DNA from: Gordius albopunctatus
Lineage: Eukaryota
DNA length: 64,000 bases
Reading direction: 5' to 3'
Assembly (NCBI GenBank): GCA_964276515.1
Contig: OZ193909.1
Coordinates: forward strand, 7,254,001-7,318,000
Below, one piece after another: positions 37,801 through 50,261 of the stretch. Below the pieces are notes generated by a model. The model was given only the letters and a program-made list of their open reading frames with translations. It ran no database searches and was not told where the DNA came from. Every line of letters begins with the position of its first letter. Positions within the stretch are counted from its first letter, which is position 1. A program made the translations under genes and the position numbers.

Positions 37801-40800
37801 CATGGCACTATATTATTAAACAAAATTCAGTCGCAGTATTTACATTTTTAATTTTTATGTATCGTTTAAATGATATTTATTTTAAAATGCTGCTTTTGAT
37901 ATCTACCAAATTCAATATATTTTTATTTACCGTTTTAAAATTATTTAATTTTCGAAATTACTGATTTCTATATAATCACCTCTTTACCATGTTCACATCA
38001 AAATGGTGAAAAAAGGGTAAACATTTTGTGAGTTGGTGAGCAGTCTATCTAATCTATGTCTGTCTCTATAGCAAGATCTCTTCAAACAAAGATGTAATAT
38101 TTACGAAATACCCAATGCCGACATCGATACGAATTTGCAAGAAAATATAACGAAATCCATGATACCCTGACCATGGGAGAATTAATCCAAAATCGCCATA
38201 TGTGCTCTAAGCGATATTCGCGAGGATTAGTAACTCATTTAGAGGCAATGATGGATAATTTTGTAGAGAAGATCAGCAGAGGATGACATTAACACGGCAA
38301 CCATTTTAATGCGGAACCCTGAAGTCGTAGTAGATAAACAGTGGGTTATTCCATATCCGCCTTTACTATAAAAATTGTACAAAAACGTTGAATACTGTAA
38401 CTCTAATAATCGATCCAATACATATGTAAGTACTATAATAATGAATATAAAAATTATCAATACTATAACACGCGTATATCGAAATCACTGATAGTGTTGA
38501 TAGAAATAACAAACACGTATAAGCGCGTGGGGGGGGGGGGGGAATAACACACACGCAAATAAAATTAAATGTAATAGATTTCTAGGAGTTCAGCGTTGTT
38601 GAGTGCAACTTTCTTTTATCTAGGGATCGAGGTGGCGTCTCTTTAATCCTTTACAATCAAAGTTTTAGCATTTTATACGTACGATTAAAATTATAAATTT
38701 CAACCATCTGGCATCCGGGGGGGGGGGGGTATATACGGATACGACAGTTCACTTAGCTGTTTATCTGGAAAATGTATGACGCGTTCATTTTACATATACA
38801 AATGTGCAACAAAAAACGTTAAATCCACCGCCTATAGCGTTAACTGCTTTCTTCACGTTATGTCAACATAATGCTTATGCGACAACACTGGTACAGGGAA
38901 ATTGCTTAAAGAATCTTTTGAACTTCGCAAATCGAAATTGAGTTGCCGGACAACTTAAGATTAACTACATCCATGTATGGAAAATGGAAGAACTATCTCT
39001 AAAGCTTCTAGCTACTTATGTATCTTACAGCCGGATAATGTAATACTTATCGTTGTGCCAGCAGTTTAAATGCAAAAACTATGTCACTACTGCCTTAATT
39101 TACTTACAAGGTATTTGATCTATTTAACGTTAATGAGCGCTTGTATAATTTTTATAGGAACGGCGGATATAAACAGCCCAATGTTCATCTACTTCGGCGT
39201 CGAAACGGTGTAGGGGATTTTGATTTTTTCCGATTCCTATAACGGTGTTGAATACTAGTGTTATTAGCCACAATTTCATGCAAATGCTTATCGAAGTCAG
39301 CACTGGGTAATGCAACGCATATTATATCGTCGATTTCGTTTTAAGTGATCTTGCTAATACTCTCGAGCCAGATTACTAAGTGGATAGGTAGCAATTCTCT
39401 CTTTTGCTTTCACTGAGTGCCATACACAGCTTGGAACTATATGTCTAGTCCATATTACTTACGTTGGCGGGATGAGGCTAGCAGTTAAAAAGAATATGCT
39501 ATTTAGAAATTACCTTCATAACTAAACAATAACGATTTTTAAGGTTTTACTTAAAAAATAAGAGATATTATTTCTAACAAAATTTCATCCAAAACCTGAC
39601 ATTCTCATACTCGCACAAAAATTATGATTGTTAAAAACATCGCTATTGTTATAATTCGGGTTTATAGATTTACTTTATACAGGCCATAGAGCAAAACACT
39701 TCCTCGCTAATAATAGGGGTTCAGTTGGCCGGTACAGCCAGTACACATACAAAAATCTGTCTATATCGTAAGTATTAAGACTTCGATAGCACAAATCAAA
39801 AATAATGCATACCGTTGTACTAAATCTCAAACCCGAATATGTGCCTTTGTAATATTTACCCTTAAGCTCAAACTTTAATGTTATTGAATTCCTAATAAAT
39901 GCGCTAAATTTAGGTTAACTTCGGGTGCCGTTATGAACTCACGGCAAATGGGTGTTGCATTCACGATATAAAATGGCAGCGGTTGCTACACGTAAACAAG
40001 GTACCAAGAAACACTTTTTCGCGCACAAATGATCGAAGGCCAAGTCCGACAATCGGTTCTCTACGTCTTTTTCCCAATCAAGATTGACTGGATCATCGCT
40101 TAATTTGTCACAACATTTCGCGACGCGAAAAAGGGGCCTCTTTGAGCCCGTCGAATTTCTAGGTATTTTGAAACTCAATTCATAAACGGGTTCGGGAGCG
40201 GTGGAAAAAAATCCGAAATCCAGGCATAAATTGGCAGGAGTATTGATGGAAGAGATCAGTCTCGCTTTCAATGGCGGTGGTGCCGCCACTTTTAAACTAC
40301 TCGGCTGGGCGATTGAATCATTCACAGCTCCACTCTTGACGGTTTTCGAAACAGGGTAAGGTCTATTATTGGACGGTAATCGATGTTCTATTACCGTTTT
40401 GACAAACAGGTCGTCATATATATGCGCCTCCGAAAGCCCTTTTTTGGCTTTAGAAACGCTTTTCGTCCGTTGATAAGATTCGCTTTCTTTTCCTTTAAAG
40501 CCTAATGTATTCCGATTAGAATTCAATCGTGGTTGGGAAAAATTTTGCAGAGTTTCGGGGGCCCGAGACGAAATGAAACGGTTCATTCTTTTGGTCATGG
40601 CCATCATGGGATTAGGAATGGCGTCGGAATCATCGGGTTCGCTAGATATTTCACCTCTGTATAAAGAGGTCACTTTGTCAGTACTCGTTAATGTCGATTG
40701 ATTTTGCTGTGGCGTTTGTAGCTTTTGATTTAAGGCTGGGGTAGTTTTGGTAACTTTTAAGAGCGAGTTAGGCTTTGGATCGGTTGGGGGAGTTTTGGAG

Positions 40801-43800
40801 ATGACCGGTTTTACCGCAGGTTGTAAATGATTCAAAATGTCCTGACCCGTTTCTATTAAATCCATTGATGCTGCATAATTACCAGGGTCGCCGTGTGATT
40901 GATTATTTTGACTAAAATACTGAAAAATTTATAAATGATGCCAATAAAAAAGGCTCTATAGTGTTAAACCAAAAATCAAATCAATTTATATGTCATCCTT
41001 ATCAAACAGACAGATTAGTACCGAAAGAAGAAAGTTTTTAAACACATTACTTTTGAGCCATCTTAAGATAATAGCAAACAATGGAACCATGGGCGTAGCC
41101 AGCATTGAGATTAGAGGGGGGGGAGCAATAATGATTTAGGGAGGGGCAAAATGATCATTTTTTGAAATTTTAGCCAAAATTTTAATAAATTACATTTTTT
41201 AGATTTAAAGGGCAGCCGCCCCTTCCTCCCACCCCCCTCTGGCTACGCCCATGTATGGAATACTATCAATATTAAAATCTTTCATCTTATAATGGCACTC
41301 TAAAACCAAAAAAGTATCAGCACCAGTCTAATGAATAAATGAATCTGTAGGGTTAAGGTACTTTCGAAATTTCTGGCCTAAGATCCCACATCCTTATACA
41401 ATGATCCCGGCCCCAAGTTATCAATTGATGCGTTGGTTGGCTGTCTTCTACATCTTCATCGCTGGCTAAATCTTTGGGAGGCTGATGCGCGTTGTGGGAA
41501 ATTGAGCGCCAAGCGAAATCAATCACAAAATCGCGAGGTCCTATAAAGTATTGCATGGGCTGAGTTATGGAACTTTTAACTTCCCTCGCTAAGGCTGGTG
41601 AATGCTGTCTTTAATGATGAAAAAAGTTTTAACCATTTTTCTCATTTTTGTAAGCAAAGAGTATCGTTCAAAATTGTGTCGGAAATGTATAGCATCTTAA
41701 AAAACAATTATAATAAACTTTGACTCCCCTCATCCTTTCTTAATTTTTTTATTTGTTTATTAGACGTAAGAGCATTTAGATAAACAATTCATTTTTGTTA
41801 TTATGAACCTAAAATCCAATTATTTAATAGCTTTAATTATAGGTCCTTAGGACCTATGCAGTGACTCCACCCCTGGACCCCGTTGCGGACTGCGCCCGCA
41901 AACCTCCGTCGGAGTTAAGCCCCTGGACCCCGAATTTTGTCATTCGGACTTTCGCGTAGCTTGAGGGTTTTCTTAAAAAACTCCTTCATACGCAATCTGA
42001 GGAGGGAAGAGGGGAGGAAGGGGAGAGAAAGGGAAGTGATGAGAGGGGGGAAAGGGAAGGGGACGGAGCGAGGAAAGAGGACAAAAAGTAAATTCACAAT
42101 TAAGCATATGCGTTTAATTATTATTTTTTACAAAAAAAGGGGTCAAGGTTGGTAGAGTAGGGCTAGTGAGAGCCATTCCTCATTGTATCTTACCATATAA
42201 AGACAGCTTGAAAAAACCAGAAATTGTGTTTGATATTTTAACTTGTTGTAATCTGTCAAAAAAATATACATTGATCGATAATACGTTAAAATACGAGTAA
42301 ACGACGTTTCCCATTAAAGAGTCCCTTTCTAATGCGTATATAAATCAGGTTGTCATCTTGACTCATAAAATATATAAATAAAAAAAATAATAGTTGCAAA
42401 CAAAAATTTCGAATTGTTTTTTATTTGAGAACTCCAAATAGAGTGCCAAACCTTAATCTATCATTGTTTTTAATATAACATACTTTAGTAGCTAGCATTT
42501 ATACGAAGGCAAAAAGTCAGCATAACACAATTAAAAAGTAAGCTGAAAAAAATTGAGCAGCAAAAATAAATAAAGGATTTAAATAAATTTAGAGCGAGTT
42601 TCAAAGAAAAAAGAAAAAAATTTAAGTTTATTTTTATTGCAATATTATTTATTTACCACGTATTCTTTATAAATTTTTAATTTGATGAAAAACAAACATC
42701 AATATGTTCTATTAATAATTGATTATACCGCCATTTAAATTCTTGACCATCTCGTATCCGACCCAAACTTTTTATGATTTAAATAGTATAATGGGTCATA
42801 AAGGAGTGCATATTGTGAAATTGGTGATTTCATATGGAGGCGAAATAATTTTTTTACTAATTTGACCACAACAAATTAAGAGCAAAGGTTTGAGGTTTTT
42901 TGTTAAATTATTTCAATAGAGAATTTTTCAAGAATAAAATGCACCAAAATTTAAGTGAATAGCGCTATTACTTTCAAAAATATGACAAAATAGTACAATC
43001 TCCTTTGAACGTCCATAACTTAAAAAATATAGGTCCAAAATGGCAAGACTTCAGAAATTACTATAATACATGAGGGGGAGGGGACACCCTAACCCAAAAA
43101 TTATCCATATATGAGATGGTCGGTCGAAAACGTTTTGAATTGTCATGGAATGGCCCATCTCCCAAATAGAAAATGTAACACGTGTTAGGCGCGGTATAAT
43201 ATCATAATCAACGTTAAGAAGGAGTATAGCGATATTATAAAATCGAATGATAATCATGTATACACTAACCCTAATTTAATTGTCACTGGAGGCATTACTA
43301 CTAACTCTCTACAGTTCGGTAATTTATTTATCACCAAAGACACTACGCACTACCACTACCTATCTACAATCCCCCCCCCCACCTTTTTACAGATAAAATC
43401 TTTAAGAAATGTTGCATGTTTTCGATTAGAGATCTGCACGGGCAGGCCCGGGCAATCATAAAAATTTTAACGGGCCGGGCCCGGACGGGCTTAACAACTA
43501 AATGAACGGGCTTGGGCGGGCCTGAGATTTTTCTAACGGGCTTGAACGGGCCTGAATTTTATAAACGGGCTTGAATAGGCCAGAGATTATATAAACGGTC
43601 ATGGAATTACACTGGTCCTTAAAAGTCAGACAATTATATAAATATAATTTTTATTAAATATATAGACTATTAATTAATTGCTTAATTTTTTAACCTCTAA
43701 TTTTTGTATATCCTGTAGCATTTATTCCTTTTTCAAGTGTCAAATTTGACTTTAAAATATTTTTATTCTATTTGCTATAGATTATCCTTTACATAATTTA

Positions 43801-46800
43801 AGATTATAGCTTCGTATCATTTATAAGTTCAGTACAATGCAACAAAATTTTTTTGTTTAATTTTATTACAAATTTTACTGGTATAATTATTATTAAGGCC
43901 ATATAATTTAATAAATATTTTTCTTCTAATCTAAAACTTAGGTGTATTAACTGATATATAAAGGCGCCGATTTCTTTTAAAAAACTTGAACGGGCTTGAG
44001 CGGGCCTGACGTTTTTCTAAACGGGTACGAATGGGCCTGAAAAATTTACGAACGGGCTCGGATGGGCCTGAAGTGTTAAAAATAAATTACGGGCGGGCTC
44101 GGACGGGCTTTGAAGTTTCGAGAACGGGTACGGGAGGGCCGACCTTCTAAAAACGGCCCGTTACAGATCTCTATTTTCGATTACATTGCGGGTATCTAGG
44201 TTCCTCTCTAAACGTTCCATTGTGGTTTAAAATTTGTTCCCTTGGGGCACTTGTTCCCGGTTGTCGTTGGTCCATCGATTCCCCTTCTGAATAGTGGTGG
44301 GTAAACCTGAGGTTTTATAAACCTCAACCTAAATCATTAGCTTAGATTGAGTGAAATCCTCGAGGCTTTTCAAAAAACCTAGAATCCTCACCACAGGTGA
44401 CCTAAGGTTCACCTGACATAAGGTTTTCCCCACCACTACTTCTGATGTCATCCTTAGAGGCCACACGTTCTCTTCTCCGAGTTGGGTGCTGCTTTCTTCC
44501 CTGGACCCACGCATCATAGGAGGGACTATGTGATTGGCAGTTATAGTGCCTTCTACCCATTTGCTTGGCCCCAAAAACATGCGCACCCAAACCTAGTCTC
44601 CTAAGTCGAACATAAGCGGCTTCCCAGCGTCCATCCATTGTTGTAATATTGTTTCCCTAAATAATCTCCCATTCTGTTCGCATTCGCCTTATTAGCATCA
44701 CTTCGGATGGACTTTTATTGGCTGTGGGGTGTTTTGTAGCTCTGTATTCCAAATATCTACTTAGACCCACTTCCAACTCGTTTCTTATAATGGCTTCTTT
44801 AATCAATCGTACGTACCTTTCTGCCAGCCAGTTGGAAGCAGGAAGGTAAGGGCGTGCATCGCTGATTAATCCCTCATATCTTGCGAAAATTCTGTAACTC
44901 CTGGCCTTTGAATTAAGGCCCGTTATTTGATATTGAAAAAGGTGAATTCCCGAATCTGGCAAACGTTCAAGTTTTTTTTTAAAATTCATCAGTGTAGTGA
45001 CTTCTCACTTAAACACTTCTCCTCATTTTGAGCTATTGTCCACCTTAATCATGTACGATTTACCGTTGAGAGGGTTCATAATATCCATATATACTGAACC
45101 CAAGCTAGGTTGACACTCTTTCAAAGGTGCCCTCTTCGCCGCCGCTGCGGTGTAATTGCAAGTTCGGCACCCTTTTGCTATGCTCAATAAATCGTCATCG
45201 AGAATGGGCCACCATATATAATGCCATGCCACTTCTTGCATTCGATACCCACGTGGCCCCTCTGTAGTCTTTGGTTTAATTTAGTCAGAATTAAAATTCG
45301 TCGCCCTTAGTAAAATATTATGTTTTTTGACTTGTATAACTTTGGCGAGTGTTTTTCGCAGTGCCGTTTAGTCCATAAGTGACAATCGTCCTTTGTTTGC
45401 CCCTTATCCACTCTTTTCACTGACGCAACCCTGGATCGTCCAAGGTGTGTTGTCTCACCACGTTCACAGATATAAATGGATTTGCATAGTCTTCTGGAAT
45501 TTCCTCACTAACGTGATACGCGTGTTCCTTCCGGGTTTCTGGACAAGAAATCTGCTACGTTTTCTGATCCCTTGTTGAACAACGTTTTGGTGTTACTAGC
45601 ACTACCTCTATACAATATGCATTTCATTTAAAATAAAAAATTGGGACAAAAATGCAATTAATACATTGTATTTTTACGGGCAGGGTCCGGGCTTTTACAT
45701 TTCTGTAACGGGCAAGCAGGTTGACTTAAACACACCCTGATAGGTCATTAATACAAAAAATTCACTGGGAAATAATTTGGACAAAAAATTAAGCCCTACC
45801 GAGATTTGTTTTGTACTCGTGAGCGTTAAATCGATATTTCAAATTATTCTAGCGTCACAATTATCAACACCGCAAGTGAGCCCATAAATTGCATAGCAAT
45901 TAAACATTATAATTATAAAAAGTCGTATTTTAATTGTAATAATAATATTTTTGATGGAATTATTTTTTGCTAACTTTAATTTAGTAATGGATGGATTTTG
46001 CGAATTAAGATTCCACAAAGAAACATTGGATATACCAGGCCTTAAGCCAGGAATAGGGATTGTAGAAATGCAGTTGCCTAACTCGGGCAAGAATCTTATT
46101 CTCCATACAGGATATTGACAGGATACCATCTGACTAAGGTGATATGTATTTTCTGCCCACAGTTTTAATGTGTTATCTTGACTTGCGGATGCTAAACAGC
46201 CTACACCATTGTTAGAATGTTTCCATTCCAGGGAGTTAATTGTAGAAAAATGGGCTTGAATAAAATGGCAAGGTGTTTTTGTATTCTAATATAAATAAAA
46301 TACCTATAAATCATATATAAAAGAGACATAAGTATAAATACCATTAATATAAAGGTTCAAAAAGCATGTAAATTTTTGTAACTGCAATATATCATAATCA
46401 TATTTTTGAAGGGTGTAAAAAATTAAGTGCTAATTGCCAATATTACTATAATAAATATAAATTTACTCTTATATCCCATATGTGAATTGAGCTTTCATGA
46501 GTTGTAGCAATAGTATTCATGTCATATTTGCTCCATTTAGATTGTGTAATTGGAGAGAGAGATGCCAAAATAAATGTCGGTTTAATATCTTTATTAAAAC
46601 ATCTAACATCCCATCCATAACAAAACTTATCTAAAGAACTAGTAATCCAAAAGTTGTTATCTGCCTCTGAAACATCTGCATCACTAAATAATTAAAACAA
46701 TATATAAAATTCAAAGTTTGATTGCATTAATAAAATATATTTGATACATAGGCAATTAATTCATCCTACCTAATTACCCGAGTGTGTCTCTTACTGATAC

Positions 46801-47244
46801 CAATTTCTTTTAATGAAAGACCTTCCATCATTTGACATAATGTGACACATTGGTTATACTATTATACAATTATTATAGTGTTAATAAAGTTTCAAACCTA
46901 ATATATAATATAGCTTACTGTCAATATAAAATAGGTTAGATTGTTTGAATGCTCCTTAACCCATAAAGCATTTACAATATCCCATTTATAATTTTTTAAA
47001 AATTGTTTGATCAAGACCTGTGAAGCAATTTTTTTAGTTATATCAAGTAGTGCCACACCATTTCGTCTATTTTAAGATGGTAGAATTTAATTATATATAT
47101 ATTACCCAGCCAATAAAACGGTAGAATTTGTTTTGTCCAAACAAAATGCTGATGCCTATAATTAAAATAGTAGAACGTAATTTTAATTACTTTGATATCG
47201 GGAAATTCAAACACTACTTTACTTATTTCATTTTTAAAAGGCAT
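28846..47244 (-). CDS. WDR59: GATOR2 complex protein WDR59 (Sea3 ortholog), 15 exons, ~1386 aa
   Basis: Exons (minus): 47244-47191, 47155-47106, 47066-46919, 46858-46770, 46683-46467, 46285-45975, 41608-41362, 40919-39943, 37156-36930, 36848-36747, 36452-35319, 34964-34754, 34372-34203, 29168-29061, 28961-28846. All junctions are GT-AG and phase-compatible (4161 nt). Diagnostic motifs: N-terminal VVFEFPDIK-ASAFCLD, WD40 repeats (HTRVISD, SLDKFCYGWDVR, ATTHESSIHIWDIR, ASASQDNTLKLW, QYPVWRIRFLP, QLITWGRDHCIRMWD), LVPCLR, NIPFPRTSGARFSG-NYLVCFTRP, KDLQSLAMI, KKSNSW, YANILYAWEMFHQRA, and C-terminal Zn region CNRC..CQSC..CVLCRLPIKG..CGH..H..W..CPSGCGCIC. The exon 9 acceptor is the least certain. 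Confidence 0.93.
30018..31652 (-). mobile_element. HINE/DINE-1-like element nested in Penelope
   Basis: Both family ends and tandem monomers present. Inserted in an A-run (T-run on minus); the empty site is visible in the inverted pLTR at ~32850-32880. Confidence 0.85.
32441..32642. mobile_element. hAT MITE, 202 bp
   Basis: ~36-bp TIRs TAGAGTTGTTATATTGCTAACTTTCTTCAA; perfect 8-bp TSD CCTACAGG; empty site in the other pLTR copy (~31875). Confidence 0.92.
32894..32920 (+). ncRNA. Hammerhead ribozyme-like core in the Penelope pLTR (second copy on minus at 29964-29990)
   Basis: CTGACGA-T-GTCCTC-TAT-GAGGAC-GAAA matches CUGANGA/stem II/GAAA. Stem I is not evident. Confidence 0.5.
33693..33845. 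mobile_element. hAT-type MITE (CATGGGCGTA family), degenerate
   Basis: Aligns to 1658-1822; imperfect TIRs; TSD TACACATG/GCCACATG. Confidence 0.6.
41088..41253. mobile_element. hAT-type MITE (CATGGGCGTA family)
   Basis: TIR CATGGGCGTAGCCAG / CTGGCTACGCCCATG; TSD AATGGAAC/TATGGAAT. Confidence 0.75.
43174..45614 (-). mobile_element. Gypsy LTR retrotransposon remnant in WDR59 intron 6
   Basis: Integrase remnants (WWP..C..C, YMD..GKSYMIKVD, PYLPASNWLAER, YRATKH..SPSE). G-rich PPT on minus before the 3' LTR 43368->43174 (TGTAG..TTACA). A similar LTR start lies at 45614. Confidence 0.8.
43427..44173. mobile_element. hAT-type MITE, 747 bp
   Basis: TIR TAGAGATCTG..CAGATCTCTA; perfect 8-bp TSD TTTTCGAT; ACGGGC subterminal repeats. 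Confidence 0.92.
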
Positions 47245-48489
47245 CAATAAACAATGACAGTCGTTCCTTACAAAAAATTTATATTAGCAAGAAATTTAGA
47301 TTTTTGACATTTAAATTTGAACAGCTGTTTTGTATAATTTTAGCTTAGCCGTCAAAGTAGCAATAACTGGGAAGGTGCGAAACAATTTGCGGATCAAGTA
47401 TTAGACAAAAATGAATTATATTTCTATATAGTTACGACTCACAACATGATCTATAATATTTTCATTAATTTATTTTACATCTGTTATAAAGTTCTAAAGG
47501 TTAAATTTTTCTGCGCACTGACAGATAAGACTTAAGAAAATTCTTTTATTATTAAGAATCACTAGAGCACAATAAGAGAACTATATATTTATCGCATATC
47601 TTATATATTAATAGAAAACTATACTTATTTATGATGTTAAAACAAATTTTTAACTATTTTGTGGCTATATTTTAAGGCCTTATGATGTAGTTCAAATGTC
47701 TGCTAAGTATGATAGTCCATAGTTATCATTCAATGAGATCTGTTTTAGAACATTGGAGTTAAAAATAATATTAAGAATAAGAATTTTTAAATAAAATTTT
47801 TTATAACTTCTAAATAGAGACATGTTATAAAAAAACTCAATGTCAATTAGTAAAGTATAAATAATAAAATTGTGTTTTAGTATTATAGATGTGTTGTACT
47901 CCTAAATAATGTGAATAGCTGCGATAAAATTTTGAATAAGTCTTATTTTGTTGATCTTGAACTTATTTTGACTGACATACTCACCCTAATTTACGATTTA
48001 TACTCAACTCGTCTAACGCACAATTCATCTACTGCACAAAAATTGTAATTTAAACATTATATAAGTATATCTATTATATATAACAATATATAGTATTATA
48101 AATGCATATTAAATTATTATAAAGCATTTAATCTAACCTATGAAAGAAAATATATAGGCAGCAATAAAAAATTTGAACTTCATATATTATATGCATAATA
48201 TGAAAGAAAATATATATGCAGCAATAAAAAAGTTAATCTTCATATATTATATGCTTAATATATGTTTTTCTTTCTGCAACCTTTTAAAGCTTTTTTAACA
48301 TGATTAAATATAAAATTAATTAGTTATAAGCATTATTTGCTAATTCTTGAACAAAGCTCTATCTAATTTATAATAGCTAACTCTAAACAACCCTATCATT
48401 CTCACGTGTTATCAAAAGTTCTATTAATAAACTTTAATCTACATCAATATATTACTATTTTTCACTAAATATTAAAAATTCCGTGCCAA

Positions 48490-48660
48490 TATAGCCTCAA
48501 AAAGGCTTAAAAGGGGCATTTTTGGCACTTTCAACCTCGTTTATCTAAAAAACTGGTAATTGTAGAAAAAAACTAAAAACATATTATTTTTCATCGCAAA
48601 ATTCTCTATCAGAATTATTGGTCGAATTGTGGGATGTTTTTTTGTAGACCTATGTTATTT
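48490..48660. repeat. Diverged interspersed repeat, second copy at ~60830-60995
   Basis: Colinear similarity (CATTTTT..CACTTT.AACCTC.TTTATC.AAAAA..AAAATTC..CAGAAT..GGGATG). Confidence 0.5.
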
Positions 48661-50261
48661 TATAGTCGATATTTATATTTAATTTTGCACATTTTTTATA
48701 CAGCAATCTAACAACAATTACATATTGAAATCAATTATTATGTCATGTTTGTGACAATTATAATATTAAATCTGTGTACTATAAACCTTTTTTTAAGAAT
48801 AATAACAAATTGGGAACTATTTTTTAATGTTTGTGACATTTATTATATTAAATAATATACAATTAAGTTTAAATAAGAACACTAATTTCTTATATAAAAA
48901 ACACATAGTCGAATAAATTATTATATGCTTTTGATATTTATCGTATCCTTACGGAATAATAAATCCGAGTGATACGACTTACGATTTGAGGGAATAGGGG
49001 ATTTATTGGGCCGGCAGAGAAAATATGTCCTGTTCAGGATTCGCGAATAAAGTGCGCGAATAATTGGCGATTTGCCCACACAAATACTTTATTCTTACAT
49101 CTCGTCTCGGTATCGAACAAAGAAAGTTATTAAATTTTCGATTCAGTAGGGTTGTGTATGCATATACAAAATTTAATGGTGCGTAATGGAAAAATAATAA
49201 TATATGGGGAGGGGGGGATAAAACACACCTAAGGGAAATTTAATATAACACAAAGCGCGTGGGGGGGGAGTATATCACAGGATACAAAAATATTTATAAT
49301 ACCAAATATTACAATTTATAATGATGAAAAATTTTAATTTATCAATAATATGTTTTAGGTTTTTGTAACGAAGTAGCCGTAGTGGCCGGGAGATAGAACA
49401 CTAAAATCAGATTCTAAACCAAGAGACTAAATCGAGAAACAGAGACTCTTTTATTAGGTGGATAGGGCTTTATATACACATAGCGAAGGACATATATCAT
49501 ATGGCGACGAGGAAAAACTTTTCCATAATGAGTGCTGCTAGCCTTTGTTAATCAGAATGACCAAGAAAAAGCCCGATATGGATTCAAAATTCGAATCAAA
49601 TTCTGGAAATTCTCTTGATTGGGTTAGAGATATTACGCCATATGATTCAACTAAAAATATTGATGATTATTTATATCAATTGGAATTAATCTTTCGTCTT
49701 AGAAAAATTAACGGAGATTTGAGAAAATTGGTGTTGCTAGCTTATATAGGCACGACCCACCTGAGTAAATTAAGAAGTCAAATTTATCCAAATGATATTG
49801 ATAGTTTAGCTTACGAGGAGGTTAAGGAATCTTTAATACGGATATATTCTGATAAAAATTCGATTTATTATTACAGGGAAATGTTACTTTAGATCAGGGA
49901 GAACTTATAAAACTATAATTAATTATTCAATTAAGCTAAAAAATATTATCAATCGATGCCAATATAAATTACCCACTGATGAAATTTTAAGAGATATTTT
50001 TATCTTAGGAGTAAAATTACCTAGATTAAATGTTGAAGTAAGAACTAAATACCCCCTGGGCAATATGGAAACAGTAAATTTGGCTCTTGCTCTTTCATCA
50101 ATTGAAGGCGAAACCTCTAACGATTTGGACATAAATAAATTACATCGGGATAAAAAATATCCAACTAGGAATTTGACTAATAATTATAATACTTTTTAAG
50201 AAATGTTCTTAATCTTAGCACCTTTAGGAACAACAAGAAAATAGTATATTATAGGTGTGGT

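Noticed and set aside
38093..38575. Possible solo LTR sharing AAGCGCGTGGGGGGG with ~49250
   Set aside because: No TSD or clear TG..CA boundaries could be established.
48139..48260. 61-bp tandem duplication
   Set aside because: Simple AT-rich local duplication with no further structure.
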